Assembly (NCBI GenBank): GCA_965197645.1
Contig: OZ240219.1
Coordinates: forward strand, 512,001-576,000
Length of the DNA: 64,000 bases
Source of the DNA: Dehalococcoidia bacterium
Lineage (GTDB): Bacteria > Chloroflexota > Dehalococcoidia > Plut-88900
Reading direction: 5' to 3'
The translations under genes were made by a program, and so were the position numbers. Below are positions 18,918 to 28,480 of this stretch, one piece after another. The notes below the pieces were generated by a model. That model saw nothing but the letters and a program-made list of their open reading frames with translations, was not told the origin of the DNA and did not search any database. Positions within the stretch are counted from its first letter, which is position 1, and each line of letters opens with the position of its first letter.

Positions 18918-20216
18918 TCAATGCAACCTGCCCCTCAACCTGCTCGGTCCCAGGGGGTTGGTTGCTCCGTAGATAGCCTTCAGCTGCAGCTCGAGCGGGC
19001 CTCCGGCTTCCTCGTTCGTGCCCAGCACCCGCGAGCCACCCACCACCTTATCAGCGGCGGGAAGGGAAACTACAACACTATCGTCACCGGGAATCGCTAT
19101 CGCGTCGGCCTCGGGCACCAGGTGACTGAAGCCGGGATCATCGTGGGTCGTGGAGAGCTGGCCCGCACCGATCACCGTCCTGATCCCGACTCGTTCGCAC
19201 TTCTGGCACACCGTCATGTGGGTAACGCTGCTGTGTCCGGGCCGGATGGGGGTGAGGACCGCTCCGTCGGCGCCCAGCATACGAGCAATCTTCACGACGC
19301 TATCGCTCTCCCGCTCTTTGTCCTCCAGCGTTCCGCCGTACCCGTTGCACAGGATCACTCCCAGGAAGTTCAGGTCCACTCCGTGCCGGCTGTATAGCTC
19401 ATCGACCACGGCGTTGTTCTGGTAGAAGTAGGTCGCGTCTCGAAGTGCACCGTCCACCCAGCGAAAGGAGTTGACCACCGCTCCGTCCATCAGCTCGTTG
19501 GGATGCAGCAGGACACCGACGTCGTTGGTAAAGTCGTGGGAGCCGTACACGCCGGCAGCGATATTGGTGTGTATGTACACGATGCGGGGCAGTTCCGCCG
19601 GGACCGTCGACAGCTCGTAGTGCCGCACCGAGTCCGGCTCCAGACCCTCGACAGCCGACGCCAGGTATTCCGCCGCCTTCAGGCACATCCACCGGGCGGC
19701 CCTGGTCCTGGCCGCAGACTCTTCCGTCTGGGAACCCACCATGTAGTTGGTCATTTCGGAGGTCTCCTCGTCCTGGCCACTCCTGAACACCAGGACCAGG
19801 TTTATGGTGCTGGAAAAGGGAGTGAGATCGGCGCCGGGCCCCCACATGTCCACCACGGCCTCTCGCCCGTACCAGGCGGTCTCCCCGGCGAAGGGCTCCG
19901 AGGCGCCAACCACCGCCACACCTCCCAATCGATGCGTTCTCCCTTCCCCGACCGTCCCCGGCCTACCCAGCACCCCGGGAAACACGCATCCGGGCCCCGA
20001 TACCTTCACCCTGGGCTCGGCCACGTCCAGCGCGTGGACTATCCGGGTCCGCTCTCCCGGTCGAACGATCTCGACGTCTACGGAGTCGAAGAGCGTCCCC
20101 GCCGAGATGTGCTCCAGCAGACCGTCCTCGCTGAGGCGAAGCGTCCCGTTGGTATACTCGGTCGTGTCGGAAAATAGCAGCTCGCGGACGGGAAAGGAGC
20201 CCAGTTCCAGCCTCAT
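18918..20216 (-). CDS. Glycine/sarcosine/betaine reductase component B subunit (GrdE-like) paralog 1
   Basis: Same motifs (DVAEPR, GEGRTHRL, HPNELMDGA, YQNN); ATG at 20216 with GGAGG RBS. Confidence 0.88.
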   Translation of the reverse strand: MRLELGSFPVRELLFSDTTEYTNGTLRLSEDGLLEHISAGTLFDSVDVEIVRPGERTRIVHALDVAEPRVKVSGPGCVFPGVLGRPGTVGEGRTHRLGGVAVVGASEPFAGETAWYGREAVVDMWGPGADLTPFSSTINLVLVFRSGQDEETSEMTNYMVGSQTEESAARTRAARWMCLKAAEYLASAVEGLEPDSVRHYELSTVPAELPRIVYIHTNIAAGVYGSHDFTNDVGVLLHPNELMDGAVVNSFRWVDGALRDATYFYQNNAVVDELYSRHGVDLNFLGVILCNGYGGTLEDKERESDSVVKIARMLGADGAVLTPIRPGHSSVTHMTVCQKCERVGIRTVIGAGQLSTTHDDPGFSHLVPEADAIAIPGDDSVVVSLPAADKVVGGSRVLGTNEEAGGPLELQLKAIYGATNPLGPSRLRGRLH

Positions 20217-20250
20217 CCGACGCCCTCCACTCCTCGAGTAAAGCTGGCGA

Positions 20251-20307
20251 ATTATAGCACGCATCCTTCGTCCTTTTGTTGACAGCCTTCCGCGCCCTGA
20301 TTAACAT
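20251..20307. promoter_or_regulatory. Divergent promoter region
   Basis: Plus: TTGACA(20279)-17-TAACAT. Minus: TGcTATAAT extended -10 at 20251-20259. Confidence 0.65.
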
Positions 20308-20318
20308 TGAGACGCCCT

Positions 20319-20960
20319 ATGCCGGTTCGACTCAAAATCTACTCGGACTATCTCTGACCCTGGTGCTACATCGTGGCCGTGCGCCTGCGTCGAGTGGAGG
20401 AACAGTACGGGGACTCGGTGGTCACTGAGTGGATCGGCTATCCGCTGGTGCCCGGCGAGGTTCCCAGCAGGCCAATCACCCAGCACAGCATCGACTCCAG
20501 AGCCGAGGCCGACCAGGAGGAGCCTCACGCCCTTTTCGGCGAGTGGGACGTCTCGCAGAACTACCCCAACACCAGCATGCGGGCCCTTGAAGCGGCCAAG
20601 TGTGCGGCGCTGCAGGGCGACGATGCCTTCGACAGATATCACCGGCAGCTGTTCCTCTCCTTCTTCGCCGAAGGCAACAACATCAGCGACCCGATGGTGC
20701 TGGTCCAGATCGCCCAGGCGGCGGGCCTGAACGTCGAGGCCTTCGCCAGTGAGTTCGCCGGCTGCTTCCAGCGAGAGGCAGTCCTGGACGATTTCAGGCA
20801 AGCCGTGGTCGACAACGACATCAATGCACTGGGCCTGCCCGTAGTCATTGCCAACGACGAATTTCGGATTGTGGGCGCCGCTCCCGCCGAGTCCTACTCC
20901 CAACTGATAGACCACTACCTCTCCAAACAGGTGTCCAGTGACCCCGCCAACTCGAGGTAA
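20319..20960 (+). CDS. DsbA/FrnE-like thioredoxin-fold selenoprotein (UPWC)
   Basis: MPVRLKIYSDYL-TGA(20355)-PWCYI, in frame with ORF 20373; TGA sits at the first Cys of the family CPWC motif. Confidence 0.88.
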
Positions 20961-20966
20961 CCCCTA

Positions 20967-22178
20967 ATGTTCAACATGGCCCTGGAAGGCGTTCGGGTCC
21001 TGGACCTGACCCACTACATAGCCGGGCCCTACAGCACCAAGCTCCTGGCCGACTACGGCGCCGACGTCATCAAGATAGAGCGGCCGGGGAGCGGCGACCC
21101 GGCGCGCAGGCTGGGCCCCTTCCACGACGACTACCCTCACCACGAAAAGAGCGGCCTCTTCCTTCACCTGAACGCCAACAAACGCGGCGTCACCCTCAAC
21201 CTCAAGGTGCCCTCGGGCCAGGTCATGCTCAAGGAGCTGGTCAAGGAGACCGATATCCTGATCGAAAACTTCAGCCCCCGGGTGATGCCTTCCTGGGGCC
21301 TGGACTACGATACCCTTGTCAAGATCAATCCCAAGCTGGTGGTGACTTCCATCAGCAACTTCGGTCAGACGGGCCCTTATCGAGACTACAAGGCTTCGGA
21401 GCTGGTCCTGTTCGGCATGGGCGGCGAAATGCACTCCATCGGCATGGAGGGCCGAGCGCCGATGAAGGAGGGGGGCAGCGTGGTCCAGTTCGAGGCCGGC
21501 ACCGTCGCCGCCGACGCCACCATGGGGGCCCTGTTCGCCGCCGAACGGGACGGAGAGGGGGAACACATAGACATCTCCATTATGGAGACCCAGCTGGCAG
21601 GCGTCGATCGCAGGCAGGCCTCCCTCTTGGCCTATCAGTACGCCGGTGAGCTGAGCCTGCAGGTCCCCGGCATGCCCCTGGGCATCGCATCCGGCACCTT
21701 CCCCTGCAAGGACGGCTACATAGAGATCGCCGGCGGCGGGCCGCTCTTTGCCAGGATCATCAAGATGCTGGGGGAGCCCGATTTCCTCCAGGACCCGAAA
21801 TGGCGGGACCCCGCCCTGGACCGAAACCCGGAGCTGGTGGAGGAGTTCAACGCCTACTTCATCGGTTGGCTGATGGACCGGACCAAAGAGGAGATATGGG
21901 AGGCGGGGCAAAAGGCCCGGGTCCTCTGCGGACCCCTCTACACCACCGCCGATCTACTGAAGGACGCCCACTTCGCTGGCCGGGGCTTCTGGGACGAGCT
22001 TGAGCATCCCTTTACCGGCCCAGTCAGCTACCCGGGCGCTCCCTTCCGCATGTCCGAGACGCCTCGGCAGGTACGACGCCCCGCGCCCCAGTTAGGCGAG
22101 CACAACGAGCAGGTGTACGGCCACATCGGCTACTCAAAGGACGATCTTGTGCGACTCAGAGAGCGAGGAGTGATCTAG
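20967..22178 (+). CDS. Family III CoA-transferase, subunit lacking the catalytic Asp
   Basis: LEGVRVLDLTHYIAGP, LADYGADVIKIE, GGSVVQFEAG. Confidence 0.92.
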   Translation: MFNMALEGVRVLDLTHYIAGPYSTKLLADYGADVIKIERPGSGDPARRLGPFHDDYPHHEKSGLFLHLNANKRGVTLNLKVPSGQVMLKELVKETDILIENFSPRVMPSWGLDYDTLVKINPKLVVTSISNFGQTGPYRDYKASELVLFGMGGEMHSIGMEGRAPMKEGGSVVQFEAGTVAADATMGALFAAERDGEGEHIDISIMETQLAGVDRRQASLLAYQYAGELSLQVPGMPLGIASGTFPCKDGYIEIAGGGPLFARIIKMLGEPDFLQDPKWRDPALDRNPELVEEFNAYFIGWLMDRTKEEIWEAGQKARVLCGPLYTTADLLKDAHFAGRGFWDELEHPFTGPVSYPGAPFRMSETPRQVRRPAPQLGEHNEQVYGHIGYSKDDLVRLRERGVI

Positions 22179-22179
22179 C

Positions 22180-23484
22180 ATGCCCAAGCTTCCCCTCGAA
22201 GGAGTCAGGGTCCTGGACCTGTGCATCGTGTGGGCCGGGCCCTTCGGCACCCAGATCCTCGCCGATCTCGGTGCGGAGGTGATCAAGGTCGAGAACGTCC
22301 ATCACTGGCAGACCATGGCCCGTGGCTTCATGGCTCGCCCACCCAAAGCCTGGCTCGACTCCCAGGTCCCCATGGTCGGCGCCTACCCCGACAAGGAGCC
22401 GGGGGAACGCCCATGGAACCGGTGTCCCACCTTCAACAACGTGCTTCGCAACAAGAAGAGCATGACCGTCGATATTCGCAATGCACAGGGGATGGACATA
22501 CTGAAGCGATTGATCCAGGCCAGCGACGTGGTCTACGAAAACAACGTCACCGAGACCATGGACAAGCTGGGCATTACCTACGACTTTCTCAAGGAGATCA
22601 ACCCCGAGATAATCTTCATCCGGGTCCCCGCCTACGGCAACGAGGGACCATATCGGAACTTCCGCGCTCTGGGCGTCCACCTGGAGTCGGTCATCGGCCA
22701 CTCCCTGCTGCGAGGCTATACGGACTCCGATCCTTCGACCAACAGCGGCGTCTTCATGGGCGATTACGCCGCCGGCGCCATGGGAGCCTTCGCCGTGATG
22801 GCCGCCCTCTACCACAGAAAGAGGACGGGCAAAGGTCAGCTAATCGAACTGGCCCAGGCGGAGACGGCCATAGGTTTCCTGGCCGACGCCGTAACGGACT
22901 ATACCCTCAACGGTAGGGTCCAGAGCACGCTGGGCAACCGGGACATGTTCGGGTCCGCCCCCTGCGGAGCGTTCCGCGCCAGCGGCGATAACCGATGGAT
23001 CGCTATCACCGTCACCAACGACACCGAGTGGAACGGCCTGTGCGACGCCATGGGCAACCCGGACTGGTGCAAAGAGGACCGGTTCGGGGACCAGTTCAGC
23101 CGGTGGCAGAACATCGACGAGCTGGAGGGCCTGCTCAACGAGTGGACCTCTCAGCACGACACATACGACCTCTTTCACCTGCTGCAGAAGCACGGTGTCC
23201 CCTCCGGGCCCATCATGCATGCCGCCGACGCCTACTCCGACCCGCACGTCGAGGAGCGGGACTTCTTCAAAGAACTGACCCACGCCGATGCCGGCACCCA
23301 CCGGTATCCGGGCCTGATGTTCAAGATGTCCCGGTCTCCGGTGGAGGTCAAGACCCCGCCGGCCCGCCTCGGCGAGCACAACGAGTACGTCTACAAAGAG
23401 GTCCTCAAGTTCTCCGACGAAGAGTACGCCCAGCTGGAGAGCGACGGACACATCGGCACGGACTTCGATCCCGATATTCCATAG
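22180..23484 (+). CDS. Family III CoA-transferase, catalytic-Asp-containing subunit
   Basis: WAGPFG, LADLGAEVIKVE, FMGDYAAG. Confidence 0.92.
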   Translation: MPKLPLEGVRVLDLCIVWAGPFGTQILADLGAEVIKVENVHHWQTMARGFMARPPKAWLDSQVPMVGAYPDKEPGERPWNRCPTFNNVLRNKKSMTVDIRNAQGMDILKRLIQASDVVYENNVTETMDKLGITYDFLKEINPEIIFIRVPAYGNEGPYRNFRALGVHLESVIGHSLLRGYTDSDPSTNSGVFMGDYAAGAMGAFAVMAALYHRKRTGKGQLIELAQAETAIGFLADAVTDYTLNGRVQSTLGNRDMFGSAPCGAFRASGDNRWIAITVTNDTEWNGLCDAMGNPDWCKEDRFGDQFSRWQNIDELEGLLNEWTSQHDTYDLFHLLQKHGVPSGPIMHAADAYSDPHVEERDFFKELTHADAGTHRYPGLMFKMSRSPVEVKTPPARLGEHNEYVYKEVLKFSDEEYAQLESDGHIGTDFDPDIP

Positions 23485-23599
23485 CTTCCAGCCCGGTCCT
23501 AGACTGCTCCCGATGACACCTGTCATGCACCAGCACATCCACAGAACCGAAAGCGCTTACCCTCAGAATCAAGTTCGAACGATCAACAGGAGGTCCTAG

Positions 23600-24499
23600 G
23601 TGGCGAACAAAGAGCGAGTCGGAGTTGTAGGACTGGGCATCATGGGCAAACCGATGGCCGCCAACCTCATGAAGGCCGGATTCTCGGTGACGGTCTATAA
23701 CCGGACCGCCGCCAAAGCCGAGGAGCTCCGCTCGGAGGGCGCCAACGTAGCATCATCTCCGAAGGAGGTCGCCGAGAACAGCGATGTCACCATAACCATG
23801 GTAAGCGACTCCCCCGACGTTGAAGAGGTCATCCTCGGCCCCAACGGCGTCATCCACGGGGTCGGCCGGGGCGCAGTGGTCATAGATATGAGCACCATCT
23901 CTCCCCAGGTCACCCAGACCATAGCGGCGGAGCTGTCCAGCAAGGGCGGGCACATGCTCGATGCCCCGGTCAGCGGCGGCTCGTGGGGAGCGATCCAGGG
24001 CACCCTCTCCATCATGGTGGGCGGCGAGAAGGAGACCTTTGACAGGTGCATGCCCGTCTTCGAGGCCATGGGCAAGAACATAATCTACACCGGGGGCCAC
24101 GGCATGGGCCAGGTGACCAAGCTGGTGAACCAGATAATGGTCGGCGGCACGCTGGCCGCCGTCTGCGAGGGCCTGCTGTTCGGGGCCAAGGCCGGCATCG
24201 ATCTCAACCCGGTGTTTCAGGCTGTAACCGGAGGAGCGGCCAACTCCTGGCAGCTGGAGAACCTGGGCTCTCGCATTCTGAAGAGAGACTTCGACCCCGG
24301 TTTCATGATCAAGCTGATGCACAAGGACCTCAGGCTCATCACCGAAGCCGCCCGAGATATGGAGCTGCCGCTACCGCTCATCTCCCTCGCCCAGCAGTTC
24401 TACCACGTCCTTCAGCACGACGGCCTCGGCGAAGAGGGTACCCAAGCCTACGTCAAGGCCCTGGAGAAGCTGGCCGGGGTCCAGGTCCAAGCCGACTAG
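23600..24499 (+). CDS. Beta-hydroxyacid dehydrogenase (2-hydroxy-3-oxopropionate reductase/3-hydroxyisobutyrate DH family)
   Basis: GLGIMGKPMA, DAPVSGG, KLVNQ, GFMIKLMHKDL. Confidence 0.92.
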   Translation: MANKERVGVVGLGIMGKPMAANLMKAGFSVTVYNRTAAKAEELRSEGANVASSPKEVAENSDVTITMVSDSPDVEEVILGPNGVIHGVGRGAVVIDMSTISPQVTQTIAAELSSKGGHMLDAPVSGGSWGAIQGTLSIMVGGEKETFDRCMPVFEAMGKNIIYTGGHGMGQVTKLVNQIMVGGTLAAVCEGLLFGAKAGIDLNPVFQAVTGGAANSWQLENLGSRILKRDFDPGFMIKLMHKDLRLITEAARDMELPLPLISLAQQFYHVLQHDGLGEEGTQAYVKALEKLAGVQVQAD

Positions 24500-24540
24500 A
24501 AGAATTGTGGCTGAGGGACGCACTCAGTTTTACGGTTGCC

Positions 24541-25030
24541 GTCGTTGCGAGCAAGGGGGGAGCTCGTCCTGTGGGAGGTCGAAGAGAGCGAAGCAATCTG
24601 GGGCGGAGGGGTATACAACTCTGCCGGATGATGACCTAACCTGAGATTGCCACGCCCCGACTTCGTCGGGTCTCGCAATGACGAAGGTACGGATCCAGAC
24701 GTTGCCCTCTCTTCTGTCATGCTATGGGTGCAGGGCCCGCCCTGCCTCCGGTAGGGGGTCTGGGGGATGTGCCCCCAGATACGAAACGTCTCAGGGCGGG
24801 CGGGTGGGCAGAATCCCCTTTGGTGGGGAGGGGTATACAACTCTGCCGGATGATGACCTAACCTGAGATTGCCACGCCCCGACTTTGTCGGGCCTCGCAA
24901 TGACGAAGGTACGGATCCAGACGTTGCCCTCTCTTCTGTCATGTTATGGGTGCAGGGCCCGCCCTGCCTCCGGTAGGGGGTCTGGGGGATGTGCCCCCAG
25001 ATACGAAACGTCTCAGGGCGGGCGGGTGGG
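24541..25030 (+). repeat. REP/BIME-like composite locus B with a 222-bp-period tandem duplication
   Basis: 24605-24808 nearly identical to 24827-25030; GTCGTTGCGAG..AAGCAATCT and GAGATTGCCACG..CTCGCAATGAC arms. Confidence 0.92.
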
Positions 25031-25078
25031 ACAATCGACCTCAGTGTAGCCCAACCGTCAGGCAAGTACCACGCACTC

Positions 25079-25726
25079 TCATAGCAGCTTCGGCTGGTGG
25101 ACGGACTCGATACCTGAGAAGGGTTCCTCCCCGAGTTCCATTATTCGGTCCATCCGCATCCTGTCCCGGCGAGCAGGCCTGAAGCCCTTGCGCCGCTCCG
25201 TCCGTCGCCTCTGAGCGGACGCCTGGGCCCAACCCTCTAAGAGCAGCAACCTTTCCTTGACGGCCAGCCCGCCGCCAAAGCCGGTGAGAGCGCCATCTCC
25301 GGCAACCACCCGATGACACGGCACGCTGATGGCGAAGGGGTTGGATCCGACCGCCTGGCCGACGGCCCTCGCGCCCCCCGGGCTGCCAACCTCCGCGGCC
25401 ACCTGCCCATAGGTGCGCACCTCGCCCCTCGGTATCTTTTGCAGGACCTCCCAGACCGATCGCTGGAACGGTGTAGCGCCGTCGGTATCGAGGGGCCAGT
25501 CCAAGGATACGTCTTCGCCGCGAGCATAGCCCTCGAAGGAACGAGCCAGCTTGGTAAGGGACTTGTCGTCTTCGGCCAGGTCGCCGAATAGCTCTCGGCT
25601 TTCCTCCTCTACAGTGTTCCGGGTCGCCTCGGGCCCAATCACGGCCTTCAACCCCAGGTTGGACGCCACCAGCCCTATCCAGCCAAGCTCAGTCTCGAAG
25701 ATTATCCGACGGTCAGCGTCCGCCAT
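25079..25726 (-). CDS. ogt: Methylated-DNA--protein-cysteine methyltransferase
   Basis: TPFQRSVW, IPRGEVRTYG, RAVG, PCHRVV. Confidence 0.92.
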   Translation of the reverse strand: MADADRRIIFETELGWIGLVASNLGLKAVIGPEATRNTVEEESRELFGDLAEDDKSLTKLARSFEGYARGEDVSLDWPLDTDGATPFQRSVWEVLQKIPRGEVRTYGQVAAEVGSPGGARAVGQAVGSNPFAISVPCHRVVAGDGALTGFGGGLAVKERLLLLEGWAQASAQRRRTERRKGFRPARRDRMRMDRIMELGEEPFSGIESVHQPKLL

Positions 25727-25735
25727 AGATCTCTC

Positions 25736-28480
25736 TTAGCTTCCCGGCACCGCTGCCGCCTTCTTGCGCGCCCTTCTTGCCTCGACCACATCCTTGCGGA
25801 GCACCCGAACGGCGCATACCTTGTACTCCGGTATCTTGGAATCGGGGTCGAGGACGGAGTTGGTCAGGAAGTTGGCCGCCGAATCCTTCAGCCTTACGAA
25901 GGGCACGAAGATCTCTCCCTCCCTCACTGCATCCGTGACCAGCGCCCGTCCCTCCAGCTCCCCGCGGCGAGACATGACCACGACCTCGTCGCCGTCGGAC
26001 ACCTGGGAAGATGAAGCGTCGTTCGGGTGAACGGCCACCTGGAGCTCCGGGGCACGGGCCAGCAGTCCTTCCACCCTCCGTGTCAGAGTACCACCGTGCC
26101 AGTGGTACAGTACCCGGCCGGTGTTCAGGATCAACGGGAACTTCCTATCGGGCATCTCGGCGGCGGGCTCTTCCTGGGTTACGGGGTGAAACTTACCCAG
26201 TCCACGAGGGAAACTGTCTCCGTAAAGATAGGGTGTGCCTGGGTGGTCTGGGGCTGGACAAGGCCACTGGATTCCGCCCTCCGCATCCAGCCGTTCGTAG
26301 GAGATGCCGCCGATTATCGGTGTGAGACGGGCCATCTCGTCGAAGATCTCGGAAGGGTGGTCATACTGGAACTGGTCTTGAGAGAGGCCCAGTTTGCGGC
26401 TCACCCGGCGGGCTAGATCCGAAGTGATGCTCCAGTCCGGCCTGCTCTGACCTACCGGCTCGATGGCCTTTCGCACCCGCTGGACCCGACGTTCGCTGTT
26501 GGTGAAGGTGCCGTCCTTCTCGGCGAAACTGGTGGCCGGCAGAACGACGTCCGCGATCTCGGCCGTCTCCTGCATGAAGATGTCCTGGACAACGATGAAG
26601 TCCAGCTTCTCCATGGCCTGGCGAGCATGGGTAAGATTTGGCTCGCCCAGCAGAGGGTTCTCTCCAACTATGTACATCGCCTTGAGGGCCCCTGTGTTGG
26701 CCTCTTCGATCATCTCGGTTGCGACCATCCCTTCCTCACTGGGCAGGGCGCCGCCCCAGGCATCTGAAAACTTGGACAGTGCGTCCGAAGCCAGCACCTG
26801 GTAGCCGGGCAGCGAGTTGGGGACACACCCGGCGTCACCGCACCCCTGGACGTTGTTCTGGCCGCGCAGTGGGGATATGCCGTTTCCCGGCTTGCCCATC
26901 TGACCCGCCAGCAGCGCCAGGTTCAGTACGGCGTAGCAATTGGACGTCCCGTTGGTGTGCTGGGTCAGCCCCATCCCCCAAACGAAGCAGGAGCCGCTGA
27001 AGGGTGGCTGAGCGTAGAGCCTGGCCGCCTCCATCATAAGCTCTTGGGGCACTCCCGTCAGGTGCTCCACGTAGTCCGGGGTGTAGGGCTCCAGCGATTT
27101 TACCCACTCTTCGAAACCTTCTGTCCGGTTGGCGACGAAGTTACGGTCCCACAGGCCCTCGTCCAGGATCACCTTGGCCATTCCGTTGAACAGGGCGATA
27201 TCGGTGCCCGGCCGCTCTCGAAGCCATATGTGAGCGTAGTCGCAGAGCTCGATACGTTTGGGGTTGATGACGATGAGCTTGGCGCCACCCTCGTCCACCG
27301 CCTTTCGAAAGCGGGTGGCGACCACGGGATGGTTGGAGCTGGCATCGGAGCCGGCAATGACAATACAGCCGGCGTTTTCGTAGTCCAGATATGAGTTGCT
27401 GGTGGCGCCGCTGCCCAGCGACGCCAGCATCGCCTCCACCGACGGGGCGTGACACAGACGCGTGCAGTGATCGATGTTGTTGGTGCCCAGCACCAGGCGC
27501 ATGAATTTCTGGACGACGTAGCCGTCCTCGTTGGTGGCCTTGGCCGATGCCAGGGCGGCGGTGACCCCTCGGTATTGGACGAATTTGTCGGCCACCAGGT
27601 CCAGCGCCTCGTCCCAGCTTGCCGGTTGAAGCGAGCCGTCCTTTCTGATCAACGGAGTGGTGAGCCTGTCGGAGTGGTTCACGAACGTGGTGCCGAACCG
27701 TCCCTTGACGCACAACCTGCCCTGGCTCGATTCGTTGTTCGGGTCGTCGTCGGTCCACAGGATCTTGTCTTTGTCGTTGGTGTTCAGGACGATGCCGCAC
27801 CCGACGCCGCAGTAGGGACACACGGTGGAGGTCTTCTTGATGATGTTCTCCGGGGTCAGCGTCGGCACTATGGCGCCGGTGGGGCACGCCGCCACGCAGG
27901 ACCCACAGGAGGTGCAGATCGACTCGGCGATGGGTTGGTCGTCGAAGGCGCCTATGAACGCCTCCTGACCTCTCTCCAGCACGGAGATGGCGCCGATCTC
28001 CTGGAGGGTCTGGCAAGCCTCTGTGCACCGGGCGCACAGGATGCAGTCGTCCATGTTCACTGCAAAGAAGGGGTTGCTTTCGTCCACGTGCTTCCGTTCG
28101 CGGGGCGAGTACGTGGGGGTCTCGATGCCGTGATGCTCCGCCGCCGTGGTCAGCTCCTTGTGCTCCGATAGCCGGTCTCCCGGCTGCTCCGAGGGGAGCA
28201 TACCCAGGGTGAGCTCAAGTACGCCCTGCCGGATGCGGCGAACCTCGTCGCTGTCGGTGTGGACTACCATCCCGTCCTGGACCGGGGTGTGGCACGAGGC
28301 CGGGAACCCCCTGCGTCCCTCGATGCTCACCAGGCACGTCCGGCACGCCCCGATGGCGTTCATCCCCGGGTCCTTGCAGAGCTGTGGGATGTAGGTCCCC
28401 GACCGGTTCACGGCCTGGAGGATGGCGGACCCTTCCTCGGCCTCTACCTGCTGGTCGTTTATGGTGATGGTGACGGTCAT
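25736..28480 (-). CDS. fdhF: Formate dehydrogenase alpha subunit (Mo/W-bisPGD, Cys ligand) with N-terminal Fe-S domains
   Basis: 2Fe-2S, two 4Fe-4S motifs, CPYCGVGC, CTRLCHAPS, PLRGQNNVQG; likely ATG at 28480. Confidence 0.92.
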   Translation of the reverse strand: MTVTITINDQQVEAEEGSAILQAVNRSGTYIPQLCKDPGMNAIGACRTCLVSIEGRRGFPASCHTPVQDGMVVHTDSDEVRRIRQGVLELTLGMLPSEQPGDRLSEHKELTTAAEHHGIETPTYSPRERKHVDESNPFFAVNMDDCILCARCTEACQTLQEIGAISVLERGQEAFIGAFDDQPIAESICTSCGSCVAACPTGAIVPTLTPENIIKKTSTVCPYCGVGCGIVLNTNDKDKILWTDDDPNNESSQGRLCVKGRFGTTFVNHSDRLTTPLIRKDGSLQPASWDEALDLVADKFVQYRGVTAALASAKATNEDGYVVQKFMRLVLGTNNIDHCTRLCHAPSVEAMLASLGSGATSNSYLDYENAGCIVIAGSDASSNHPVVATRFRKAVDEGGAKLIVINPKRIELCDYAHIWLRERPGTDIALFNGMAKVILDEGLWDRNFVANRTEGFEEWVKSLEPYTPDYVEHLTGVPQELMMEAARLYAQPPFSGSCFVWGMGLTQHTNGTSNCYAVLNLALLAGQMGKPGNGISPLRGQNNVQGCGDAGCVPNSLPGYQVLASDALSKFSDAWGGALPSEEGMVATEMIEEANTGALKAMYIVGENPLLGEPNLTHARQAMEKLDFIVVQDIFMQETAEIADVVLPATSFAEKDGTFTNSERRVQRVRKAIEPVGQSRPDWSITSDLARRVSRKLGLSQDQFQYDHPSEIFDEMARLTPIIGGISYERLDAEGGIQWPCPAPDHPGTPYLYGDSFPRGLGKFHPVTQEEPAAEMPDRKFPLILNTGRVLYHWHGGTLTRRVEGLLARAPELQVAVHPNDASSSQVSDGDEVVVMSRRGELEGRALVTDAVREGEIFVPFVRLKDSAANFLTNSVLDPDSKIPEYKVCAVRVLRKDVVEARRARKKAAAVPGS

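Noticed and set aside
24605-25030. CRISPR-like array
   Set aside because: Only two long units, no unique spacers and no cas genes
24496-25065. 189-aa ORF with an internal repeat
   Set aside because: Translation of the 222-bp palindromic DNA repeat; no protein-like features
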